From Callorhinchus milii (taxonomy: Eukaryota), in contig NW_024704742.1 of NCBI RefSeq assembly GCF_018977255.1, positions 134,976,001 through 135,040,000 on the forward strand: a stretch of 64,000 nucleotides of DNA, in the 5' to 3' direction. Made by a program: the position numbers and the translations under genes. The notes beneath the pieces were generated by a model that ran no database searches, was not told the DNA's origin, and saw only the letters and a program-made list of their open reading frames with translations. This document shows positions 12,283 through 25,203 of the stretch, one piece after another; position 1 is the stretch's first letter, and each line of letters begins with the position of its first letter.

Positions 12283-14639
12283 GTGTCTTGGCCGTGGTTA
12301 TATCATGGGGAGCGAGCATTGTACAGGCATGATGGCTCACCCACCAAACACCAAACACACTTTACAGCATATCCACTTTACGGTGTATCCTATAAAGTGC
12401 TTTGAGATGTCTCAACGACATGATAAGGCTCTGTGTCAAATGGAAGGCTTATTGTTATCTTCTGTGTTGCAAATTCTAGGAATTGTTAGACAGGGAATTG
12501 TGGTAAGCATTTAAGCCTTTTGTTGTGTCTCTGTCCATGAGCAACAGAGGTGTTTAGAAATATCTCCCCACAAAACAAGAGCAAACTTAGGCTTCAATAA
12601 CACCCTTTGGTGACGGGTAGCTTTACTGCTTCTCTCTTAAACATTTTCACGAGCAGGGATCTGAAATGGGTGTTTGATTTGATATAAAATGCTGTTTGGT
12701 AATTTCATGATTCATTTGATAGTGCCTGTAACGTCAAAAGGTCTCAAAGCTCGTCACAAGTAATTGCTGTAAGTGTAGTGACTGTCTTTTGTGGGCAAAC
12801 CCGACAACCAATTTGAACATAGCTGTTCTCAGAAATGGCTGTGACGTGAAGGATTAATTTATCTGCAGGTTTTGTTAGTCAGGGTGGCGAGAGGCCAAAC
12901 CAACCTTGCAGTGTTTCTCCCCTCACAGCACTGTTCTGATTTTAATTTAATTTAGGCCCATAAATGAGATCAACGGGAATAATAATAATAATCCTTGTGT
13001 TTGATATAGCGCTTTATCAGATCTTCGAGACTATCAAAGCACCTCACAGAATATACTGTAACGTGAATGAACTATATTTTGTGAGCGAATATTTGTGTAT
13101 TCTGTGATGCGCTTTGAGATGTCTCGAAGACGTGACAATGCGCTATATCAAATGCAAGGATTATTATTATTAGACTGTGAATTGAGTCAAGTGAATTGAG
13201 GGGTGCAGGAGAGAGGAATAGGAGGAGTGGGGGCTTGCGTTCACTGTACGTAAGTCAGGTTACATAATGTCCGCATATGAGATGGGAGTGAGAAATGAAG
13301 AAATGCAGGCGGGAGACACAGGCAAACTGAAAACCCGACTGGGAGTGACACAATGTCTGAAGATAAATTATACTATCAGACTGCTTGCCACGTGTAAAGC
13401 ACTGCCAGCTACTGGTGACTCTGTATAACACAATACGGTTAATTTTCGCTGACCTTTTCATTCAAACAAAAATCTCCTCCCCTATGTCAGGCGGGAGGGG
13501 AGCTGCTGGTAATTTAAATGAAGTTGAAACGGAAGGTTTCGAGCAGCCCGACAACCTCGATCATTCTGTGCTGTGCAAATAATGCTCCTCCTGCAATGTT
13601 GTTCTGCGTTTTAAAAATGTTGCTTCATTTATTTGGGGGGTTTAAGAAAATTCCCTGCTTTTCCATCCAATTTTGCCATTCGCTTGCTCTCTGCCTCCTG
13701 GGTACACACTGAAGAAACATGACCTTTCAGCACTCTGTCTCACCTCCTCTTCTCTCCCCTCTTGCTCCCTCTCTCTTTCTCTCTCGCTTTCAGACCCTTT
13801 CCCCTCCCCCACAACTGACAGCAACACTTCACCATCCTCTCTCCCGCTGCCTGGGAAGAAAACTGCTTCAGGTTTTCCTGGAATATTACAGATCATTCAT
13901 TGAGCCCATCGAGTCAATGCCTGTGTTTTTCTCCACTTGAGCTACTGAGAGTAATCTCACACTCCTGCTCGCTCCCATCACTCTCTCACATTCCTCTTTT
14001 TCTTTTTGTTCTGTGTAATTCCCTTTTGGGGGAGAGTCTCCCAGAAAATGCACATGGTTACATCGTTTTATAAAACAAAATGTGGTCAGTCACTCCACGA
14101 CTCTTTGTGGGACACTGCTTTGTGCAATTGGCTGCCGCGTTTCACCCATAAAAATACACAGTCAAGTCAATCGAGACACTTATAAAATACAAGGATTATC
14201 ATTATAATAAATATCATTTAAGCTGTGAAGCACTTTGAGACATCTTGACGACGTGATAAGTTTTTTTTATATACGAACTTGAGGCCAGGAATACGTATCA
14301 AAAGTGGATATTAGCTTTGCTTCTTAAAAGAATCAATAATAATAATAATACTCCTTGTATTTGATATAGCACCTTATCAGGTCATTGAGACGTCAATATT
14401 TTCAAGCCAGTTGTTGGTCAGTTGCAAAAATTGCCCTTAATCTGGCTCAGAGGACCCACCAGGTGGCTAAGTGCTGTGTTAAGTGGAGAGTGTAGAGAAG
14501 CTCTTCTGCAATTGGGGATTTCAGAGTGTTGTTAGTGGAGGGAGCTTTCCTGGTGTTGACGACCATTACTAACCTAACTCTTTTTAACATACTTTCTTGT
14601 CTTGTTACTTCACTGTTGAACAGTAAATAGGCAGACACT

Positions 14640-14930
14640 CGCCTGGCTATGGCCTCCTGTTTGTCTGTTGCCCCTCTGCTCTACCAGCGGCGGCCGTGAT
14701 TTCAGCTCCTATACCCCGAAGCTTTGGAACTCTCTCCCTCAATCCCTCTTCCTCGTCCCCTCCTTCCCCTCTTTTAGATCATGGACTGAAGACCTTCCTC
14801 TTTGACCGTGCTTTTGGTCACCTCCTTCCCCCCTCTCCTGCTCGCTCGGCGTTAGGCTCTATCACTGTTAAGCGCTCCGAGATGCTACCTCGCGTGAAGG
14901 GCCTTATATAATTGCAAGTTGCTGTTGTTA
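14640..14930 (+). mobile_element. L2 3' fragment (second tail family)
   Basis: LKTFLFDRAFG-like C-terminal coding remnant followed by GAGATGCTACCTCGCGTGAAGGGCC..TATAATTGCAAGTTG. Confidence 0.75.
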
Positions 14931-15764
14931 CTTATTTTCTTAGAGGCCGATAGGAGAGCTAAATCAGTCAGGGGCTTGATGTGGGATCAAAAAATTATCA
15001 GTTCAGATCAGACTGGATCCATTCATAATTGATAATAATCCTTACATTTCATATAGTGTCTTTCATATTGGGAGGACGTCTCAAAGAGGGTTACAGGATA
15101 CACTATAAAACATGGGGACTATAATTTGCAGGCAAAAGCAGAAGTTAACTTGCGCACAGTAATGTCCCATGAAACAGCCATGAAGTTACATTACTCCCAG
15201 CCATTCTGGCATCATTCCCAGTTAAAAGCTATTATGGATTCTGCTTAAATCTCCCTTTGGAAGGGCATTCGTGAATGAAGCTTGGAAGCATAACGAGTCC
15301 TTAACTGCAAAGCAAAGCCTCCAGTACAGGGCAAGCACCACCACAACAACAACAAGATTCCATTTATAGAGCGCCTTTCAGGTCAGGAGGATGTCCCACA
15401 TAACATAGTACCAGAGCTTAGGTTCAATCATTCAATTTCTTGCGAACTCTCCTCCTCCCGCGCCCCTCCTCCCTCACACACACCGCTATACCACCACCTT
15501 GAATTTATATAGCAGCCATCACGTAGCATCAATGTCTCCAAGTGTTTTAAGTTGGTGACCTGCAACTGTATTCAATTTCTCTCAGCACAGGACAGGGTTC
15601 TTTCTGATTGGAATTCTTGTAACCCAAGGGATAAGATGTCACAAGAGCGTAGAACAGATTTTGTTTTTACAAAACAAGTATGTAGTGAACAAATAAAAAT
15701 CATTCCAGTAAAGACGTTTCTTTTCCAAAACTGCTCTGGCCGGCATGTCGTACATTCCCTAAAA

Positions 15765-16150
15765 ACAACAACAACTTACATTTATATAGTACCCCTCATG
15801 CAGGGTAGCATCTCAGAGCACTTGACAGTGGTGGAGCCTGACACCGAGCCAAAGAGGGGGTACGGGATCTACCTTAAGCACGGTCAAAGAGGAAGGTATC
15901 CCAACCCTCAGCTCGAGTGTCGATCCCTGGCTGTGCAGCGCCTTGGGACATCCTCCTGATGTGAAAGGCGCTGTACAAATGTAACTTGTTGTTGCTGTTG
16001 TCTTGGCGCGACTAAGATGGGGAAGGAGAGGACAAGGTGGAGGGACTGAGGGAGAGAGAGTTCCAGAGTTTTGTGGCGTAGTGGCTGAAAGCGCATCTGT
16101 CGATGGTGAAATGGAGGGCACAAGGAACAAGCAGGAAGCCGGAGCCGGTG
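15765..16150 (-). mobile_element. L2 3' fragment (second family) interrupted by an antisense first-family L2 tail at about 15900-16000
   Basis: The minus-strand L2 sequence continues on both sides of a plus-strand GGGACATCCTCCTGATGTGAAAGGCGCTGTACAAATG..(TTG) tail. Confidence 0.7.
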
Positions 16151-16188
16151 GTGATGACGAGTAGTGGAGTGGGGTAGTACTCTACTTA

Positions 16189-16404
<216 letters not shown>

Positions 16405-17772
16405 TTACACTAAGTGTTTGAAAAAAGAACAGGAAGCACAGTCCGACCCATCTTCAAGGTCCGTCTCAAGACCTTCCTAGTGTATATAGTACGGAGGGTA
16501 AGAACCCACTTATTTCAATCTTTCTTTCATTATTAGTAGAGAGAGAGAATAAATGCATATTAAGGGCTATTGTCACAGATTTCAGCAGCGCTATTCACTC
16601 TACAGATCTTGTGCCTTACAATATTAGTTACTAGATAATACGATAGTACTTATAATACTAATATCTCTCATTTAGTGCCTTACCACATCTTCTAGATGTC
16701 TCAAAGTTCTTCAAAGTGTAAAGTGAATATTTTATCGGCGAAACGTGGCAGACAATTGCACACAGCAGCGTCCCACAAACAGTCGTGGATTGAGTGACCA
16801 AATTATTATACATGTTTTGAAGGGATTATTACCCCCAGAAAACCGATCCACCAATCGACTAACAACTGGATTCCTACTTACTGCTAGGTAAACAGAGGTG
16901 TAAGGAAATTTGCCCAACATTTTGCCCTGCCTAGGAATCAAACCTTGCGAGGTGAGTGCTCTAATTTGTAATATTAGATACTATATAATACAATACCAAC
17001 TTAGATAGTAGCTAAAAGAAACAGTAAACATTGCTTTTATCAATAGATTTTTAAAAAATAATAAAGCATAGAGATGAATTCAGACTCCCAACAATTCAGT
17101 TTGCACAATGTAGCTCGAAGCACAGAGCCAAATTCTAGATTAAGGACATTGTCATTTCAGAATTATTTGAAACCTGTTAAATGCAAAGCTGCAAATCGGC
17201 CGTGGCTGCTTTTTGGCGATGTTGTTATGGTGAAATTGGATGCGCGATATGACTGACATTGTGTCAATGGCACAAACAGAAAGCATATTTGGGTCACTGG
17301 CGACAGACTCTGAGAATGTAGTGATCCTTCTGCCGTGGTCAGCAAAGTGCATTGGAACACAACGGTCTCGGGAGAGGGCTGCAGCAGCCAGGACTGGCAT
17401 TTATCGGAAAGCTATTGTTTACAGATAAGGATAGGGTGAATTAAGGCCAAGGCTTGCAGCATCAATCTGCGCTGGACAATTATCTGTCCACATAACAAGC
17501 GGAGAGAGGGTCGTGACTTAAGGGTCTGGTTAAATAAAGATAGAGAGAGGCTAACTGTGTGAGAACTCCTCATATTTAAATTGACATTTCAATATTATTT
17601 CATACAAAAGGAGTCACTTGTTTTGTCCAGAAAATATAAAATCAAAGACTCGCGTGCTCATGCCATAAGTGCAAGCACCTCAGAGGCTAAATCCATCAGA
17701 AATTGTTTATTAAGGAACCATCTGGACTAAGTACTGCTTTGAACAAACCCTCGAGTAACACAGGGATAAAAA

Positions 17773-18490
17773 AAATAATAATTGTTGCATTTGATAAAGC
17801 GCTTTTCACATTTGGCAGATGTTTCAAAACGCTTCACAGAATATACTGTAAAGTGAATTGACTGTATATTTGTGGCTGACAATTGCACACAGCAGTGTCT
17901 CACAAACAGTTGTGGATTGAAGTGATCAATTTATTATTATTTTTTTTCTTGAGGGATCAGGCGTGTGGAGTAAGGAAAGTTGCCCAAGGTTTTGCCCTGC
18001 CAGGAATCGAATCCAGGTCTCTCGCTTGCGAGACGAGTTCTCTAACCACTGAGCTACAGGACACCGCATCCTGTATCCATATCCCTGCATCCAGGGATGC
18101 GGCTTTAAGTAAACAAATAGGCTGAGGAAGTAAGAGTAAGAATAAATAATATTTGGATTTGACACAGCGCCTTATCACGTCTTTGAGATGTCTCAAAGCG
18201 CTTCACAGAATATACTGTAAAGTGGATTGACTTTTGTGGGTGAAACACAGCAGCCAATCGCACACAGCAGCGTCCCGCAAACAGTTGTGGATTGAGGGAC
18301 CAAATTTTTATTTGAGGGATTATCAACCCCGGGTAGAAATCCGCCAGTTGACTAATAACTGGGTTCCCTACTGACTGCTTGGTAAACAAAGGCGTATGGA
18401 TAAGGAAACTTGCCTAAGATTTCAGCCCACTCGGAAAACGAACCCGGCTCCTCTCACTTGTGAGAGAGCGCACTAACCACTATGCTACGG
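17773..18490 (-). mobile_element. Two adjacent SINE copies (17773-18063 short type, 18145-18490 long type)
   Basis: Each has the tail AATCCTTGCATTTGAT-like at the left and the head CTCTAACCACT at the right. Confidence 0.85.
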
Positions 18491-19048
18491 GTTGGAAAGG
18501 ACGGTGGTATGGGAGGGAGGGAACAAAGCCAGACAACAAGTCAGAAACGTCAGTCTGCTGCTGGATGCAAAGCCATACAAACATATCTAGAGGCCAGAGC
18601 ACAAGCTGGCAAAAAAATCAATCCAATGTCAAAATATTTCTTCGATGCTGTTATTGTAACAATGTGATAATACAGAGATTATTCAGCATAATTAGTTACT
18701 CAAGCCTTCTGCTTTAACCTTGGCTGTCTCCCCATCACCTATCCATTATTTTCTGGGAGCTATAAACATTAATTATAATTTTTTTCCCCTTTGGTTCCAG
18801 CACCTAGAATCTCCGAGACGGGAGATTTTGCTGCACAGAGTGGATCGGAATATCGCTCTTTAAAGCGATGACCTTTTTGTAAATAACACTATAGATTATT
18901 TTAAGGCTATCCAGCACCACATGCGGAGGGAGGCAACGGAAAATCATTCTGGCTAAAATAGAAGAAATGGTCAGCATTATGCAGCACGACACTAGTCCAC
19001 TCCTTCCGCTCTCCATTCCCGTCCATTTCAAGGAAGTGCATAATTCAA

Positions 19049-19958
19049 ACATAATAAGAACATAAGAATTAGGAGCAGGAGTAGGCCTTTCGGCCCCTCG
19101 AGCCTGTGCCCCGCCATTCGATAAGATCATGGCTGATCTTCTGACCTAACTCTAATTACCTGCCCTATCCCCAAATCCCCTAATCCCTCTATTTTTAAAA
19201 AATCTATCAGTCTCAGCCTTGAAGATGTTCAAGAACTGAGCATCTACAGCCTTCTGGGGGAGTGAATTCTATAAATTCACTACCCTCTGAGTGAAGAAAT
19301 GTTTCCTCAACTCTGTTCTAAAAGGCTGACCCTTAATTTTAAGACTGTGACCCCTGGTTATAGATTCACCTACCGGGGAAATAGTCCCTCAGTGTCTACT
19401 TTATCAGCCCTTTAAGAATCTTATAAGTTTCAATAAGATCCCCCCTAATTCTTCTGTACTCTACAGAATACAGCCATAGTTTATTCAGCCTATCCTCATC
19501 CCAGGAACTAACCGAGTGAATCTACGCTGCACCCCCTCTAGGGCAAGTATGTCCTTTTTTAAATAAGGAGACCAAAACTGCACACAATACTCTCGGTGCG
19601 GTCTCACCAAGGCCCTATACAGTTGCAGCAAGACTTCCCCACTCTTGTACTCTAAACCTTTTGCAATGAATGCTAACATGCCGTTCACCTTCTTCGTTGC
19701 TGCTGCACCTGCAAACTAACTTTTTGAGACTGGTGTACAAGGACACCCAAATCCCTCTGCGCACTAACACTATCTAATCTCTCCCCCTCTAGAAAATAAT
19801 CTGTTTTTCTATTTTTACTACCTAGGTGAATAACTTCAAACTTCCCCACATTAAATTCCATCTGCCACCTACTCGCCCACTTTCCTAGCCTATCTATATC
19901 CCGTTGCAATCTTTTTGCATCACCCTCAGAGCTAACACTCCCAACTAGTTTAGTGTCA
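19049..19958 (-). mobile_element. 5'-truncated CR1 LINE 3' portion
   Basis: QRDIDRLGKWASRWQMEFNVGK, RDLGVLVHQS and LYRALVRPHREYCVQFWSPYLKKDILALEGVQRRFTRL. Tail GGCCTACTCCTGCTCCTAATTCTTATGTTCTTAT. Confidence 0.95.
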
Positions 19959-22900
19959 ATAAATATAATGCAACTTGCATTTACATTGTGCCTTTCTCAT
20001 TGGATTATGTGTCGAAGCGCTTTACAGAGAAAGTGTTAGACACCAAGCAGGGAGGACGTTACATATTTGTACAACAACATCTTGCATCTATATAGTGCCC
20101 TTCACGTGGGTAGCGTCTTGGAGTGCTGTAACAATGGTAGAACTTGATAACAAGGTTTATGAGGGAAAGAGGGATGATGACTAGTAGTTACAGTCGAAGA
20201 GGAAGGTCTGATCAAACCAAAGTTCCATCTGCCACCAACTTTGGTTTATTGTCACATCCGAAGGACGGCTCCTCCTTCAACAATGCAGCACAACCCACAG
20301 CACCGCACTGGAATTTTCCTTGAGTTCAATGTCTCGATGTTACATTTGAACCCACAACCTTCTGAATAGGAGGCAATAGTGCTATTAACTGAGCCAGGCT
20401 GAAATGATAACTTATAACAATATTATTGCCCGTATATCAAGTATTATGAACTGAAAGTAATCTACAATTCCCTATGAAAATTCCACACAGCATTTTAAAA
20501 ACAAGCTGGGGCTAGTCAGGATAGATTTTTGAGGCAGCAATCTGATGGCAAGCCCTGGCCTAGAAACATGTAAATGTGATAACAGATCTGATGTGATCAT
20601 TATTAAATCGAACCAGTTATGAAACGGCAGAATTTCAATCAATAATTGAACACCCACATACCCGAGGCAAATGGTATGCTCCATGAAAGTTTGGGAATAT
20701 TATTCACTTCATCTCTGTTCAGAAAGCAGCAGGAAACTACATTTTGATCCAGTGCCAGGGGAGCGCTGTACTGTCAACAATTTACATTTATATTGCACCC
20801 TATATGTGGGAAAACATCTCGGAGCAGTTCACAAAGCCAGGATTGGAAACCAAAGAAAGGAGAAGGGGGACGAGAAATGGAGACAAATTATGTTCTTATG
20901 GAGAAGGGGGGAAGGAGAGGCAGGTTTTCAGGTGGGAGTTACGGACATGTAGAGAGGGTCGGGGGAAGGCAAGATGGAGGGAGTTCCACTGGTTTGGGTT
21001 GTAGTCGCCCCAGTGCTTTGGGAAGTCCTCCCGATGTGAAAGGCGTTACACAAATGCAACTTGTTATTGTTGAAGGTGAAAGCATGGGCAAGGCCACACC
21101 TCAAACCCAAGTTAGCTGAGTGGAGGGGGTCAAGCAGAAGAGTGGGACAGGCTTTAAAATTCAGGTGGGTTTTAAAAATTCAATGGTACTGCTAGAAAAG
21201 TAAAGGGAGTTTCTCCTGGTGTCCTGGCCAACAATCTCCCAGATAAAATTAGTCATTCACTTGTGTTTTTGCGGGACTTTGGTGTTTGTGCGCAAATTAG
21301 TTTCCGTTTTCACCTATAAATACAGTCACTGAACTTAGTAATCCTTGCTTTGATATAGCGCCTTATCACGCCATTGAGGTATCTCAAATTGCTTCACATT
21401 ACAGTAAATTCTGTGAAGTGCTTTGAGACATCCTCCTGACGTGAAAGACGCCATATCAAATGCAAGGATTATTATTACTATTGTTTCAAAGAAACATGGT
21501 GTATTGCTCCCAGTTATCCTGTTATTCTAAATTCACCATCAAATTCAATTTAAAAACCTTTCAATCTGATGTTGTTTGTGGGACGTCACTGATACAGTTT
21601 AGCTGCTGCATTTGCCTCTGTATTCGAAGAAAAATAGGCGCTGATGTTTTGATGAAATTTTTTAAGAACATCTCCAAAACCTTGGGGAAGGTTAAGATGT
21701 TAAGATTCAATAACTAATGTTTAAAATCCTGCAAAATGTGTGTTGAAGCTTATCCTACACAAGCATTCCAGGATGCTGCCCCACGTGAAGGACGCTATAT
21801 AAAGGCAAGTTGTTGTCATCCTGTGCATGAACAGAAAGTCCCTGTTTATTTTGAACATCCTGTAAAATAACAATAAGGGAAGCCACATTCTAGCAGTGTG
21901 CAGAGCGAGGCAGCAAACTGTATTCAATTTCTTTCCTTCGTCCGCAGGTGCTGGCCAGATGAAAGAGTGCTGGATCCACTGCCCGTTTCTGAGAACAGAC
22001 ATCTTTGTTTAAGCTTTGACTTGGCTTAAATGAACGAATTAATATTGACAAAGCATCAACTAAGCTAATGAGTTGTTAGTTAAGGCAATAAACATGTCAC
22101 ATTACAGTCAGCACAGTAAAGAGGTAATTAGCTGTGGAAAAGCTCCGCTGATTGGAGTCGTTGAGATCCTTTGCTCTTAACCTTTGAGCCCATTATCTGG
22201 GACAGGACGTAGAGCAGCTATGCTAATCTGAGCTCACCAGTTGACAGCTCTGTTGCTGGAGCAGGCTCCTTGTAATCAGTATTCAGTAAGTATTAGTGTG
22301 AATGAAAGATTTAAAGAAATGCACTATTTTATAGTAAATGAGTCGCCTGCATCTCAAACCACAGCTGCGCTGTTCTATTACTAATAATTGTTATTTATTG
22401 CATTTGATATAGCGCTTTATCACATCGTTGAGATGTCTCAAAGCGCTTCACGGAATATACTGTACAGTTGATTGACCGTATATTTTGTGGGTGAAACTTG
22501 AGATCGTTTTTTGACAGATAAAACTCACAGGCTGTAATAACTCCTTAAAAACAAAAAGCAAAACCAAATTCAACTCCCCTTTTTCCCCAGCTTGGCATCA
22601 AACTATGCCACTGTTCGCTACTCCAAGCTGCTATGCTGCGTGAAGGGTGCTATATAAATGTAAGTTGGTAATTTTGACTGCTCATCCCATTGTTATTTGT
22701 GGCACGTTGCTAGAATTTTGTTTGGTCAGCCGGGTATCTGACACATGTGGAAACCCATCACCATGCTTAAGAGTATCTAAACCAAATTGAGAATTCCATG
22801 CATCCCACCTACAGGAAAGTTCCCACGTATTGGAATTGAATGCACACTGGAAGGATGCACCCTGCTCATCTAATTCTGGAAAGTATTAAGTGAGAGTTGG

Positions 22901-23476
22901 GAAGAGCCAAAGCTTGGGGACCACAGAGTGTGCATTGCAGGAAATCCAGAGACAGATTGTTGGAATGGAATGCGCACTCTAACTCTCTCCCTTTTCTATT
23001 ACTTTCCATTGGACTCCATTCACTGTTCCTGTTCCTCTACACTTATATGCCCTTTCACTTATTTTCTCCTCTGTTATTTTACGCTTTCTCTTTTTATATA
23101 CGTATTTAAAAGCGAAGTTTCCTTCCCTGTTATCCTGCTCCCCTGTTATTTTCCCTTTATGGTTGGAGAGTAAGCTGTACTTTGGATTTGGTTTCCTGCT
23201 GAGCACCCTTCGCAATCACTTCTCTGCAGCAAGCAAACCAGCCACAGCTTCCTTCCATCCAGCTGTGATAGAGCCACCAGTGCCTCTCACTGTATCAGCA
23301 ACAGGGCAGAATGGATCCAAACTGTGCAGTAAGCACTTGCCATTGCGACTATTGCCAGCTAAGACACAAGCACCAGCAAGGAGGATCAACCTCTCCAATT
23401 GCTGCCATAACAATGACAGTCAAGTGGAAGCAACAGTAGAGCTGAACCTCATCTTGAAGTGGTGGGGAGGGAGATA

Positions 23477-23820
23477 ATAATATAATAATAATAATCTTTG
23501 CATTTGATGTAGCGCCTTATCACGTCTTCAAAAGCGCTTCATAGAATATACTGTAAAATGTATTGAGTGTGTATTTTGTGGGCGAGATGCGGCAGCCAAT
23601 TGCGCACAGCAGCGTCCCACAAACAGTCGTGGATTGAGTGACCAAAATTATTGTTTTGAGGGGATTATTACCCCTGGAAAGCGATCCGCCAATCGACTAA
23701 CCTTGTTCCTACTTATTGCTAGGTAAACAGAGGAGTGTGGAGTAAGGAAACTTGCCTACGGCTTCGCCCTGCCGGGGAACTGAACCCGGGTCACTTGCCA
23801 GCCGAGCGCTCTAACCACTA
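23477..23820 (-). mobile_element. SINE, long subfamily
   Basis: Same consensus. Further long-type copies lie at about 2704-3010, 16680-16965, 26106-26435, 27172-27540, 37580-37790 and 41490-41840 (all -), and 38185-38465 and 59975-60290 (+). Confidence 0.88.
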
Positions 23821-24219
23821 CTTGACATCAAAACCAACTACAAATTAAAGTGGGAAGAAGGGGGAAAATGACTGAGAGTACTGTTAAACAGGATTTTTTT
23901 TTAAAAAAAAGGATTTTCTCAGAAGAGAAGGAGGGCGTGAGGTACAGGGATTTGGGATTGGAGTTCCAGAGATCATGGTTTGAGATTGAAAGCTTGGTGG
24001 GGTAGAGATGGTGGTGGTGGGAGGGGGCTCTATTCAGTTGGCTTGAGTTTGTGTAGTAGATGGAATGAGCGGGAAAGTGGGGGCATTGCTTTCCTTCTGA
24101 AGTTGAAAGGACCTGCAGGGCTTCACAACAAGAATAACTTGCATTTATCTCGCGGCCTTTTTGCCAGACAGCATCTCGGAGCTCTTGACCAGTAGCATGC
24201 TACTTCTTTCTGGCTTTTG

Positions 24220-24268
24220 GTGTATGTATGCGCGCGTGCGCGCGCGTATGTGTGTGTGTGCACGTGCA
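24220..24268. repeat. Alternating purine-pyrimidine tract (TG/CG)n, potentially Z-DNA forming
   Basis: GTGTATGTATGCGCGCGTGCGCGCGCGTATGTGTGTGTGTGCACGTGCA. Confidence 0.8.
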
Positions 24269-24837
24269 GGTCCCAAAGAACAGCAGACTAAGGGTTAAAA
24301 CCTTTCCATTTTACCCATAAAGTGCAATAGAGCCTGACCTGTCATGTATCTGACAAAACCAGGTCGATAGTCACTGTTTCAGTTCCTGATTGGTTCTCAA
24401 AGGGCTTTCGAAGCTCATTGTCAGCCAACCAAACCCCAGTTTTTAACCCCGTTGTGTGTGACTATTTATTGTTTAACCCTCTGGCTCGCTGAGGCTGCTC
24501 TCTTGACACCTCGCAAAGCCACGGGTGCAGAATAGACAGCCCAAAAAATACTGGACAACAAATGTTTATAGACTCTCTGGATGGACTGTGCTGTTACCAT
24601 TTCAACACAAGTTTAAGCATAACCGGCAACGAGAAAGCACTGCGTTGAAGGACCTAGGAACAAGGAGACCCTTCATTGTGTCAAGCCGGTTCCACCATTT
24701 TATAAGATCATCTTTCAATTCTATTTCTCTGTCGTTCACTCTGTCATTGCACTTTACAGCATTTTCTGTGAAGCACTTTGAGGTGTCTCAAAGACATGAT
24801 AAGACTCAAATGCAAGGATTATTAAGGATTATTACTT

Positions 24838-25203
24838 AATAATAATAGTCTATGCATTTGATAAAACGCCTTATCACTTTGTTAAGATGTCGCAATGCGC
24901 TTCACAGAATATACTGTGAAGTGGATTGACTGTATAATATTGTGGGCAAACAGCGGCAGCCAATTGCGCAAAGCAGTTTCCCACAAACAGTCGTGGATTG
25001 AGTGACCAAAAACAGATTTTTTAAGGGATTATTACACCCAGAATGCGATCCGCCAATCGACGAACAACCGGGTTCCTGCATATACTGCTAGGTGGCGAGT
25101 GGAGTAAGAAAACTTGCCTAAGGTTTCGCCCTGCCTGGGATTCGAACCCGCAATCTCTCGCTTGCGAGGCGAGTGCTCTAACCACTAGGCTACAGGGCTC
25201 CAC
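24838..25203 (-). mobile_element. Full-length SINE, long subfamily, tail-to-tail with a + strand SINE tail at 24750-24835
   Basis: Head reverse complement ...GCGAGTGCTCTAACCACTAGGCTACAGGGCTCCAC. Confidence 0.88.

Noticed and set aside
22725..22770. Hammerhead ribozyme in the unclassified repeat (CTGA...GAAAC)
   Set aside because: The core reads CTGACAC rather than CUGANGA, and stems I and III could not be built.
24291..24480. piggyBac-type ends (TTAA-CCC / GGG-TTAA)
   Set aside because: The motifs face outward rather than enclosing an element, and there is no extended TIR or transposase remnant.
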